Below, piece after piece: positions 49,959 to 57,965 of a stretch of 62,792 nucleotides of DNA. Made by a program: the position numbers and the translations under genes. The notes beneath the pieces were generated by a model, which made no database searches, had not been told where the DNA came from, and saw only the letters and a list, made by a program, of their open reading frames with translations. How positions within the stretch are numbered: position 1 is the stretch's first letter; each line of letters starts with the position of its first letter. Origin of the DNA: an archaeon 13_2_20CM_2_53_6 (GTDB lineage Archaea > Thermoproteota > Bathyarchaeia > 40CM-2-53-6); assembly GCA_001915065.1 (NCBI GenBank), contig MNDT01000010.1, forward strand, positions 1 through 62,792. Direction: 5' to 3'.

Positions 49959-50549
49959 CTAAGTGGAGATTTCTCGCGCGAGTCGAATATCGATCTCTCG
50001 TTCGACGTACCTCCACTCCTCGGACTGTCGGAGGATACTCACGAGTTCCTCAAACGCGTCTGCATTCGCTGGAGCATATTCGAACCATGTAAGGAAATCG
50101 AAGGGCTCGCCGAGATCGCGACAGTGGTACAGGCGACGAGCGATTGCTGGGAGGTATTTCAAGCCGACCCTGATGTGTCCAGATCGGGTTTCGAATATCC
50201 CCCGCCTCTCACTTTGGCTGAGTTGCCACCAAGACTCCGACTTCGTGATCGGAATAAGAGCGGCATGGGTGGCTTCTGGCCGTCCTAGCGCAGGCTGGCG
50301 GGACAAGAGCATTTCATGCTCCTTCCGCGTTGTATAGCGATCATTGCTTGTGACTCCGCGTATCAGCCACTTGCCCCCACTGGGCAGTGCTGCCAAGTTG
50401 CCTTCAACTACCTCAATTCTGTCAACACTTTTCAGCGGGGGCCCTGCGACAGCCTTCGTGTTGGTGACCCTCCAAATACCAGTGTCACCACCGACGAAAG
50501 TTGCAACGCGCTTCTTCCAAGAGTTTCTAGTCCTTGGGGCGATCTCCAT
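49959..50549 (-). CDS. cld: Short (clade 2-type) chlorite dismutase
   Basis: IRGVTSNDRY, LIPITKSESWW, proximal His (SGHI), IARRLYHCRDLGEPFDFLTWFEY; start placed at ATG 50549. Confidence 0.88.
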   Translation of the reverse strand: MEIAPRTRNSWKKRVATFVGGDTGIWRVTNTKAVAGPPLKSVDRIEVVEGNLAALPSGGKWLIRGVTSNDRYTTRKEHEMLLSRQPALGRPEATHAALIPITKSESWWQLSQSERRGIFETRSGHIRVGLKYLPAIARRLYHCRDLGEPFDFLTWFEYAPANADAFEELVSILRQSEEWRYVEREIDIRLAREIST

Positions 50550-50651
50550 TAGCAAATCCCTCCGTTGGAAAGATAGGTCAATTGACCCTTTCCCTGCACT
50601 CTTTGATCCAGGTCTGAAATAGTTGACGCGCCTGTTCTTATGGTATGAAGG

Positions 50652-50690
50652 GGGTTTGAACTTGCATTTGATCCCATCCCCGACGCTCCA
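50652..50690 (+). repeat. Inter-module repeat R1
   Basis: gggtttgaacttgcatttgatcccatccccgacgctcca. Confidence 0.85.
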
Positions 50691-50866
50691 AAGGAAGAGA
50701 CGTGACGAAATCGTCTGCCTGGCGAAGTGGGTTGGTCTCGTGCACAACGGAAGAAAAGAAATCGTGCCTCTCAAATTCGATCTTGTTCTGAAGTCAGAAA
50801 TACTCCAGCCTTTTCTATCTCGGGATGCCGGTAGCGTTATAGCCAGAAAGGTCGGCCGATTGGATT

Positions 50867-53239
50867 ATGCGATTCGGGAAGAATGTTCTTCCACAAATTA
50901 TTATCGGCCTGGTGATAACCCAACTCTTGACCGTTGAGACTTTGTCCGTCGCGGCTGTCACGGTTCAACCAGGCTCAGGACCAGACCCTGGTGGTTGGCA
51001 GTTTGTCGGGCCCTCTTCCATCAGGGACTGTCCTTTGCCGGGGGGCATTACCGTGTGCAGTGGGAGGGTGACCGCAATAGCGGTTGACCCTGGTCAGCCG
51101 TCCAGGATTTACGTTGGAGGAGCCCTAGGTGGAGTGTGGAAGAGCACCGACAGGGGACTTGACTGGACATCTCTTACTGATGATCAACCGTCTCTTGCTG
51201 TTGGAAGCATTGCAATAGATCCTTCCGGAAGCCTGTATGTTGGCACTGGAGAAGGCAACCGAGGATGCACAGCGTATTACGGAGCAGGTCTTTTAAAATC
51301 TATGGATGGTGGTAATTCCTGGGTTCAGCTGGGCGCTTCAACCTTCGGGAGGTCTAGCTTGAACAAGATCGTCGTCAGCCCGGACAGTCCCAACATTGTC
51401 ATGGCGTCTACTAGTCAAGGATTCTCGAACAGTCCCACCTTTAGTTGCGGGTTGGTCGACCCGCTTGTACCGTTCGGGCTGTACGTATCACTGGATGCTG
51501 GGAATTCGTGGCGCCTGGCCATGCCTTCGAGCAGAGGAACAGCCGGAGATATTGCTGTGGACCCATTTAACACATCCCAGGTTTACGCGGCCGTGGACGG
51601 AACAGTCTACTTATCCAGGGACGAGGGAGTCTCATGGGAAGCGCTGTCCACTGGCTTGCCTCCGCCAAATTCAGTTGGACGAGTTGCCCTTTCAGTATCT
51701 GCATCATCTTCCGGAACTCTTTACGCGGCTTTGCAGGACTTGTCCCTTCCATTTCCGGGACAGGGTAGACTCTTTAGAACAAGTGACAGTGGTTCAACCT
51801 GGATGGAGGTTCCAACGCCCGCCCCCACAAACTTCTGCGGCGCCTTCAACGGCTGTGCCTACAACCTCGTTCTCGCGGTAGACCCGACGGATGCGGAGAC
51901 GGTGTACTTGGGAGGAAATGATCTCTTCCTGACAACGGACGGCGGAAACAACTGGGTGGACTTAGGAGGGTATGGGAATCTCGTTCTTCATCCCGACCAA
52001 CATGCTCTTGCCTTCAGCCCGGAAGACCAGACCAGAGTCTACGTCGGCAACGATGGAGGAATGTACTACTCTGCCGAGGCCAATACTTGTCTTCCTGCCT
52101 CATGCTGGACAGATCTTAATTCGGGCCTCGGAATAACCCAGTTCTACTCAGTGGCCGCTCATCCCACGGACCCCAACCTCTTCTTCGGCGGGACCCAGGA
52201 CAATGGCATAACCCTGCGTCTGGGGAACTCACTAGAGTGGAGGCAGGCTCTGGGTGGCGATGCTGGTTTCACTGGGTTTGATCCTGTCGAGCCATCGACC
52301 ATGTACGCGGCTTTCACGATACCCCTACGCTCTGACGATGGAGGGCTAAGCTGGACAACCAAGACAAATGGGCTATGTGTAGCGCCCTGCAATGCACTGG
52401 ATAGCTCACAGCCCTTCGTTCCCATGGCGATCGACCATGCTAGTCCCGGGACGCTCTATCTAGGAACCTACAGGCTGTGGAAGACTACAGATAGAGGAGA
52501 CAACTGGTTCCTTCCGTCACCCGGACTGTCACTTCCAGGCGCTAACTGTGCTCCAGCCTCTAGTGATTGCATCTCTACGATTGCAGTCGCTCCATCAGGA
52601 GGGCGGGTTGTCTATGTTGGAACCAAGCTCGGCAAGCTGTTTGTTTCAACCGACGGAGGCTCCAATTTCAGTGAAAGAGATACACTTCTACCCGGCCACT
52701 TCCTAACCAAGATTGCAATCAACCCCCAAGACCCTCAGAAGGCCTTTGCGACCTTCTCGGGCTTTGGAGGCGGGCACATATTCGCCACGTCCAATGCGGG
52801 GATCTCTTGGGCTGACATCAGTGCTGGTCTCCCCGACTTTCCGGCAAACGCAGTAGCGGTGGGCTCGAGAGGAACAGTCTATGTGGGAACTGACCAAGGA
52901 GTATTTGTCCAGCAAAAGAGATCGGGAGGTATGGGCCTCGTAAATGCCATCGGTCAAGCAAGAAGAGTTTCTTGGTCGATCTTGGGACGAGGGCTACCAA
53001 AGACTGCCGTGTACGATTTGACTCTCGCCGCGGACGGAGCGCTGCTGGCGGCCACTTTCGGGCGAGGAATATGGAGAATCAACCTCCCGAGAATTGATGT
53101 CGGAACTGGATCAGCGGCCAGCACTCCCCCAATCATCCATTCTGTGTCGTTCCAGTTTTCTCTACGCGATAAATTCGCCTCCGTCAGCCCCTTCAGCCTT
53201 GGAACCATCTGGCCCTGCAACCGACGTCCCATACCATGA
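50867..53239 (+). CDS. Secreted BNR/Asp-box beta-propeller protein (VPS10/GH74-like)
   Basis: Signal peptide; many S.D.G.(S/T)W repeats; GRVTAIAVDP, HPDQH, GTQDNG, ATFGRGIW. Confidence 0.88.
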   Translation: MRFGKNVLPQIIIGLVITQLLTVETLSVAAVTVQPGSGPDPGGWQFVGPSSIRDCPLPGGITVCSGRVTAIAVDPGQPSRIYVGGALGGVWKSTDRGLDWTSLTDDQPSLAVGSIAIDPSGSLYVGTGEGNRGCTAYYGAGLLKSMDGGNSWVQLGASTFGRSSLNKIVVSPDSPNIVMASTSQGFSNSPTFSCGLVDPLVPFGLYVSLDAGNSWRLAMPSSRGTAGDIAVDPFNTSQVYAAVDGTVYLSRDEGVSWEALSTGLPPPNSVGRVALSVSASSSGTLYAALQDLSLPFPGQGRLFRTSDSGSTWMEVPTPAPTNFCGAFNGCAYNLVLAVDPTDAETVYLGGNDLFLTTDGGNNWVDLGGYGNLVLHPDQHALAFSPEDQTRVYVGNDGGMYYSAEANTCLPASCWTDLNSGLGITQFYSVAAHPTDPNLFFGGTQDNGITLRLGNSLEWRQALGGDAGFTGFDPVEPSTMYAAFTIPLRSDDGGLSWTTKTNGLCVAPCNALDSSQPFVPMAIDHASPGTLYLGTYRLWKTTDRGDNWFLPSPGLSLPGANCAPASSDCISTIAVAPSGGRVVYVGTKLGKLFVSTDGGSNFSERDTLLPGHFLTKIAINPQDPQKAFATFSGFGGGHIFATSNAGISWADISAGLPDFPANAVAVGSRGTVYVGTDQGVFVQQKRSGGMGLVNAIGQARRVSWSILGRGLPKTAVYDLTLAADGALLAATFGRGIWRINLPRIDVGTGSAASTPPIIHSVSFQFSLRDKFASVSPFSLGTIWPCNRRPIP

Positions 53240-53330
53240 TAGGGCTCCGTATCTGAGCCGCCTCGCCCACCCCCGGACTCGAATGTAAAGTCAGATTCTT
53301 GTACATTCAGAAGGGAGTGACAAGGAAAGC

Positions 53331-53368
53331 GGGTTTGAACTTGCATTTGATCCCACGCCCGAGGCTCA
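53331..53368 (+). repeat. Inter-module repeat R2
   Basis: gggtttgaacttgcatttgatcccacgcccgaggctca; first 25 nt identical to R1. Confidence 0.85.
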
Positions 53369-53484
53369 CTTGAGGCACCGACAAAGCTCAATGACAAGAT
53401 TTTGCTAGCCTAGAATTTGGGCCATACCCCTCGGAATCAATGTCCTCAATCCCTTACGTTCTATGGAGATACAACCGGAACCCT

Positions 53485-53871
53485 TTACGGAAGGACCAAA
53501 CAGTCTTCTTCCTCCGCAAAGTCCCGGTCGAAGGTAAGCACTCGCTCCCCTACCGACTTAGCGGCCGCAAGCAGAAGTCCGTCTAAGAGAGCGAAACTTG
53601 CGAAGCCTTTCTTCAGTCGCTCATTCTTGATCTTTGAGCCTTCTAAGCAGATGTCTTCGTCGAGCGGAATAATATTCGCAAGGTTTTTCACTTCTCCGAT
53701 CCTCTCCCTTACAGGGATATTGTTTACGATGCACCAGTCGGATAGTTCGGCGAGTTGGACTACAAGCACGAAGAGATTCTCCTCCCCAATATGTTTCTGG
53801 ACTAGTCTGAACTCCTTTGAGGTTCTAGGATGTCGCAGGACTTCGATGATAGCGCTGGTGTCGAGTAACAA
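53485..53871 (-). CDS. vapC: PIN-domain (VapC) toxin
   Basis: LLDTSAIIE...E...LLDGLL...LTFDRDF. Confidence 0.9.
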   Translation of the reverse strand: MLLDTSAIIEVLRHPRTSKEFRLVQKHIGEENLFVLVVQLAELSDWCIVNNIPVRERIGEVKNLANIIPLDEDICLEGSKIKNERLKKGFASFALLDGLLLAAAKSVGERVLTFDRDFAEEEDCLVLP

Positions 53872-54090
53872 CTAGAATCTGTCCCGTTTCTCTCTTGCAA
53901 ACGGCCGGGCTTTTCGGTCCATTCCCGCGATACTTTCTAACCCGGCCTCGCGCGTAGCCTTCGGAATCGCTAGCGACAGCTTAATCGTGTCTCCTTCGCT
54001 AGCACCTGATTCCTCTAACAGCTCCTTCGGTATTATTACTGCCATGGAATTCCCTACTCTCCTGACTTTTCCGGTCAACACGCGGGACAT
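53872..54090 (-). CDS. AbrB/MazE-type antitoxin
   Basis: KVRRVGNSMAVIIPKE...EGD; abuts vapC; start placed at ATG 54090. Confidence 0.9.
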   Translation of the reverse strand: MSRVLTGKVRRVGNSMAVIIPKELLEESGASEGDTIKLSLAIPKATREAGLESIAGMDRKARPFAREKRDRF

Positions 54091-54097
54091 GAGAATT

Positions 54098-54121
54098 GTT
54101 ATAACGTAATAACTATTTAAG
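54098..54121 (-). promoter_or_regulatory. TA promoter with near-palindromic operator
   Basis: gttataacgtaataac dyad between a minus-strand TTAAATA and the ATG. Confidence 0.6.
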
Positions 54122-54480
54122 CTTGGCCTGCAAAACCCGAATTGTGTTGCCCACAACCTGAATTCTAGCGCTTCCAGAGCAGTTGTTGGCGTTTCGGCCG
54201 CCTTGTTTCTAGCCTAGAAGAGAATCGTCTTGTCCAGCTTGAGAGTAGTTCTTTGCATGTAAGATTCTGTTTCGTGGCCGCCTGTCATTTTACATCCCGA
54301 TTAGTTTCACGGTAACTATTCGGACTGGTCTACTCCTTTTCATTAACTCATCCAATTTGTAACTCTTCGTGCAGGACATTTGGAGACTTCTCTATCAAAG
54401 GGACGGTCGGACATCCAGATTCCAAGAGGGATCATTCACGCTACTTCCAAGCCAACCAAACCCAGTAGTCTTAGAGAAAC

Positions 54481-56577
54481 ATGGTTGAAAGAGGCAGAAA
54501 CAAGATGAAGAGACGAACCGTTCTGAATAGCAGCCTATCCGCCCTCATTCTCGCCACAGCCATCGTGGGCCCGAGCGGCATCATCACGACCCAGAACACC
54601 CCTGCAGAGAATTTCCTTGCGACGATGACCACATTTCCGACGAATCCGTTCTACAACCCCAGCTTCGGCTACTCCAACTTCCATTACGTCATGAGAGGTG
54701 CATCCGGAACAGATCAGGTTCCTATTGCAATCTACTCCAACACCGCCAGCGGAAACCTGATCTGTGGAAAATCCTGCCCCGATTATACGCTCTACAATGC
54801 GAACCAAGGAACCCTTTACATCCCGATTGGACTCGCCTCGGATCATGTCGCGTACAACGATTGTGTCTCGGCAATCTGTGGCATAAACTTCGCAAACTGG
54901 AGCTATAAGCTACCCACAGGTATACCGGACTACTGCAGCGGCCAACCCACGAGTCTCCAGGGACTTGACAATTCTAACCGGTGCTATGACGTTAGAGGTT
55001 TCGACCTTCAAGGGGGCGTCACCGGAGCAAATGGGGGAATCCTTCTGACCTCCGCGAACCCAGCCGGAGATCCTACCTGCACTAACTACAATGGTGGCAC
55101 ACCCGATAAGGGTAATGTTCCTTCCAATAGTTGCTGGGCCGCAGATTATGCCGTGGTGCAGGCAGCGCAGGCCGTCAATCCACCCTGCATCTCGGGAGTA
55201 ACTGCCTGCATCTCCAGCTCATCCGTAACCGCCGAAAGCAACACAACTGTAGTTGATCCGATCATCAACGGCAAAAAGCACAACGGGACCTTCGTCCAGA
55301 TCGGAACACAGATCACCCAAAAGACATGGTATATTTATCGAGAGATCACGAGTCTAGCCGTCCAGATCATACCCCCCACCATAACCCTCGTCTGCACGAA
55401 GACAAATACCGGTGTCACCAACGTCTGCACCGGCTCGAGCGCCAACGTTTGCGGACTATTCGCAATAGACAAATGCGACCCCATGCCCTCCCTGATCAGC
55501 GCACTCCCCACGTTCAAGAAAGAGATCAACACTGCCTCTCTTCTGACCAATACGCGAATCAGCTTCGGCCTCAACGTGGTTGGATTCGGCGGACTTACGT
55601 GCAACCAGGAAGACCTTTCCTCGGGAAACTGCTGGTATGGAATAATCGGAGCCTGGATCGGAGGACAAGGCGTGCAAACAGCGGGCTGCACGGGAAGCAA
55701 CTCATGCAGTTTCGGCGTCACAGGGCAACCGCATGCTCAGCTTCCAATATTTCAAGACGCCCAATTAACGAACCCAGCAACTATTCCACCGGTCGACCAA
55801 CTCGTGAATCTCGCCCAGCTAACTAATGAGACAATGTCAACAGTGGTCGTGGCAAATACCTATTCCCAAGTGTTCACCTACGTGGACACTCAAGATCTAG
55901 GAGTGCAATATGCCTCGACGCCGACCACTTGCTCCATGGACAGCTTGAACCAATGCTTCAACACTCCTCCAGCGCTGATAGTAAACGTACCGATAGTCTA
56001 CGACATCATAGGCGCACAGAGCCTAGCAACCTGGCTGTACAAATATCCAGGAATACCGCCCAACGGTGGAACGACATCGGGGTTCGTATCAGGCCAGGTA
56101 ATTGATGCTTCTAGCAAGAATCTCTTCGGGCAGTATTCTCCGCTAGTTGGAGCATGCATTGGAGTCGGAGGACCCTGCTCCGGACAGCCAGCTCAGATTC
56201 AGGAACCGACAGACACCAATGGGCGATTCATTCTCAGCAACATCCCGCCCGGAACTTACACGATCTGGGCAACTTATCCCGGATACTCCAACGTCTTCCG
56301 AACCAACGTTATCGTCTCAGTCGGAGCTACGACAGTCGTTAATTATGCAATGTCACCTGTCAGCGCTCTCGGACTGTTATGTCTGGTTCCGCCAATAGCG
56401 AACCCACTGCCATACCAGCCCCCAATGTTCGGCGGACTCTGCATTCCAAGCTGGACTCTCTGGGCTGCAGGCGGCATAGTCGTGGGGCTATCCATCATTT
56501 TCGCATGGACTTATACCGCACCGGCTAGAGCAACTGCTGGAACTATCAAACTGTGGGGCAAAAAACGCTGTCCATAA
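54481..56577 (+). CDS. Large Cys-rich secreted, membrane-anchored protein with carboxypeptidase-regulatory-like domain
   Basis: Signal peptide, many Cys, TDTNGRFILSNIPPGTYTIWATYPGY, C-terminal TM with basic tail. Confidence 0.8.
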   Translation: MVERGRNKMKRRTVLNSSLSALILATAIVGPSGIITTQNTPAENFLATMTTFPTNPFYNPSFGYSNFHYVMRGASGTDQVPIAIYSNTASGNLICGKSCPDYTLYNANQGTLYIPIGLASDHVAYNDCVSAICGINFANWSYKLPTGIPDYCSGQPTSLQGLDNSNRCYDVRGFDLQGGVTGANGGILLTSANPAGDPTCTNYNGGTPDKGNVPSNSCWAADYAVVQAAQAVNPPCISGVTACISSSSVTAESNTTVVDPIINGKKHNGTFVQIGTQITQKTWYIYREITSLAVQIIPPTITLVCTKTNTGVTNVCTGSSANVCGLFAIDKCDPMPSLISALPTFKKEINTASLLTNTRISFGLNVVGFGGLTCNQEDLSSGNCWYGIIGAWIGGQGVQTAGCTGSNSCSFGVTGQPHAQLPIFQDAQLTNPATIPPVDQLVNLAQLTNETMSTVVVANTYSQVFTYVDTQDLGVQYASTPTTCSMDSLNQCFNTPPALIVNVPIVYDIIGAQSLATWLYKYPGIPPNGGTTSGFVSGQVIDASSKNLFGQYSPLVGACIGVGGPCSGQPAQIQEPTDTNGRFILSNIPPGTYTIWATYPGYSNVFRTNVIVSVGATTVVNYAMSPVSALGLLCLVPPIANPLPYQPPMFGGLCIPSWTLWAAGGIVVGLSIIFAWTYTAPARATAGTIKLWGKKRCP

Positions 56578-56635
56578 CACGGGGGCAGACAGGTTCGTCT
56601 GAGTAACAACGCCAAACTACTCCAAACGAGGAACA

Positions 56636-56675
56636 GGGTTTGAACTCGTAATTGCTTTCTCGCCCCGAGGCTCCA
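56636..56675 (+). repeat. Inter-module repeat R3 (diverged core)
   Basis: gggtttgaactcgtaattgctttctcgccccgaggctcca. Confidence 0.7.
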
Positions 56676-56737
56676 AGCTCCTATTTGTGAGCCTTCAGAT
56701 GGGCCATTCGTCCGCTGGTCCGCTAGATTGAAATATT

Positions 56738-56755
56738 GGTTTACCATGGTAAACC
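56738..56755. promoter_or_regulatory. Perfect 18-bp palindromic operator upstream of RHH antitoxin
   Basis: GGTTTACCATGGTAAACC directly after the TATA-like TTGAAATA. Confidence 0.75.
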
Positions 56756-56770
56756 GGTGGGGTTCGTCTT

Positions 56771-57022
56771 ATGACAGAGGTAACCGTGGCGACCAAGATT
56801 GGATCCGAGGAGTTGAAACGTATAGACGCCATAGTTCGACGACGAGGACTGCTCAACCGCAGCGACCTCGTCAGGGAGGCCATCAGGCTCTATCTCAGCC
56901 TGACAAGCCTCGAGACTGAGGCCAGGCTCAGGATGCTACGTCTCATCAACGAGAGCGCAGGCGTTTCTGGGAAGACCGCGGGTCAGCTGGTCGAGGAGGC
57001 TCGAAGAGAGGAAGACGCCTGA
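56771..57022 (+). CDS. RHH/CopG antitoxin
   Basis: VATKI..EELKRID...NRSDLVREAIRLYL. Confidence 0.88.
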   Translation: MTEVTVATKIGSEELKRIDAIVRRRGLLNRSDLVREAIRLYLSLTSLETEARLRMLRLINESAGVSGKTAGQLVEEARREEDA

Positions 57023-57465
57023 GACTCTACCTAGAGCCTAGCATATTGGTCAAACTCTTCAAGGCCGAATCCGGCAGTGACCGGGCTATTCGGCTCGTCA
57101 GCCTTATTGATAAAAAATCCAGCTGGTATGGCATCTCGTCCAGATGGAGCCTTCTGGAGGTAGCTAGAGCCCTAAGGAAGGATGGTAAGACCAAGGAGAT
57201 AGTTGAACTTGACCTTCGAGAGCTTCGCAGTCACCAAATCGCCTTCGTCTCAGTATCGGACAAGATCATTTCCGAGGCAGAAAAAATCATAGGGGCAACC
57301 GATCTTTATGCGGCGGACGCAGTCCACATTTCCACCTACAGAAGCTTGGCACGGCGCTCTCACTTGGAGGGATTTCTATGCGAGGACGTACATTACAACC
57401 GGTTCAAAGAAGAGGTTCCAGTAAGAGCAATCACAGACTTAGAATTTTTGCGGGACGTTGGCTAA
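57019..57465 (+). CDS. vapC: PIN-domain (VapC) toxin, CTG start
   Basis: CTGA overlap with the antitoxin stop restores (M)RLYLEPSILVKLF; also LLEVARAL and LYAADAVHI. Confidence 0.85.
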   Translation: MRLYLEPSILVKLFKAESGSDRAIRLVSLIDKKSSWYGISSRWSLLEVARALRKDGKTKEIVELDLRELRSHQIAFVSVSDKIISEAEKIIGATDLYAADAVHISTYRSLARRSHLEGFLCEDVHYNRFKEEVPVRAITDLEFLRDVG

Positions 57466-57666
57466 TAATTGCGACAAGAGCTTCTCCAAAATAGCATTCT
57501 GGAAGTCAAGGGGAATCCGACGACGGTAACCCCCTGGTTGATGAGAGCAAATCAACTAACAACCGAAGAGTTGACAGAACCAAACAGCCCACCGAGACGA
57601 TAGACCATGTCTGTAAGTCCAGGGTATGAGGGGGGAAGGAGTCAAGGGTACGCCCTCGCACAAAAG

Positions 57667-57704
57667 GGGTTTGAGCTTGCGTTTTCGCCCACGCCCGAGG
57701 TTCG
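57667..57704 (+). repeat. Inter-module repeat R4
   Basis: gggtttgagcttgcgttttcgcccacgcccgaggttcg. Confidence 0.78.
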
Positions 57705-57965
57705 ACACTGGAAGTGTGAAGCACATGTCAGCCCTTCACGTCGGTGGGCAGTTGTGACAACTCTAATGGCACTTTTGGTCGATCATCGTTTTGAGGGACA
57801 GAACCGCTTTCGCATCCGACCAACTGATCACTAAACATTGCTTTTCTCGATCAATCCACCGAAATGTCGGACGGATGCGCAATCGTTCTCACGACGGTTC
57901 ATGAACAGAAAAAATGTGGAAATAGCTGGGGTCGCGACATCTCCAATTGACTCCCAGGTAAGATT

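Noticed and set aside
50652..57704. R repeats as tRNA-derived att sites or CRISPR repeats
   Set aside because: The reverse complement has GTTCAAAC but no pairing T stem or acceptor end, and the spacing is kilobases rather than spacer-sized.
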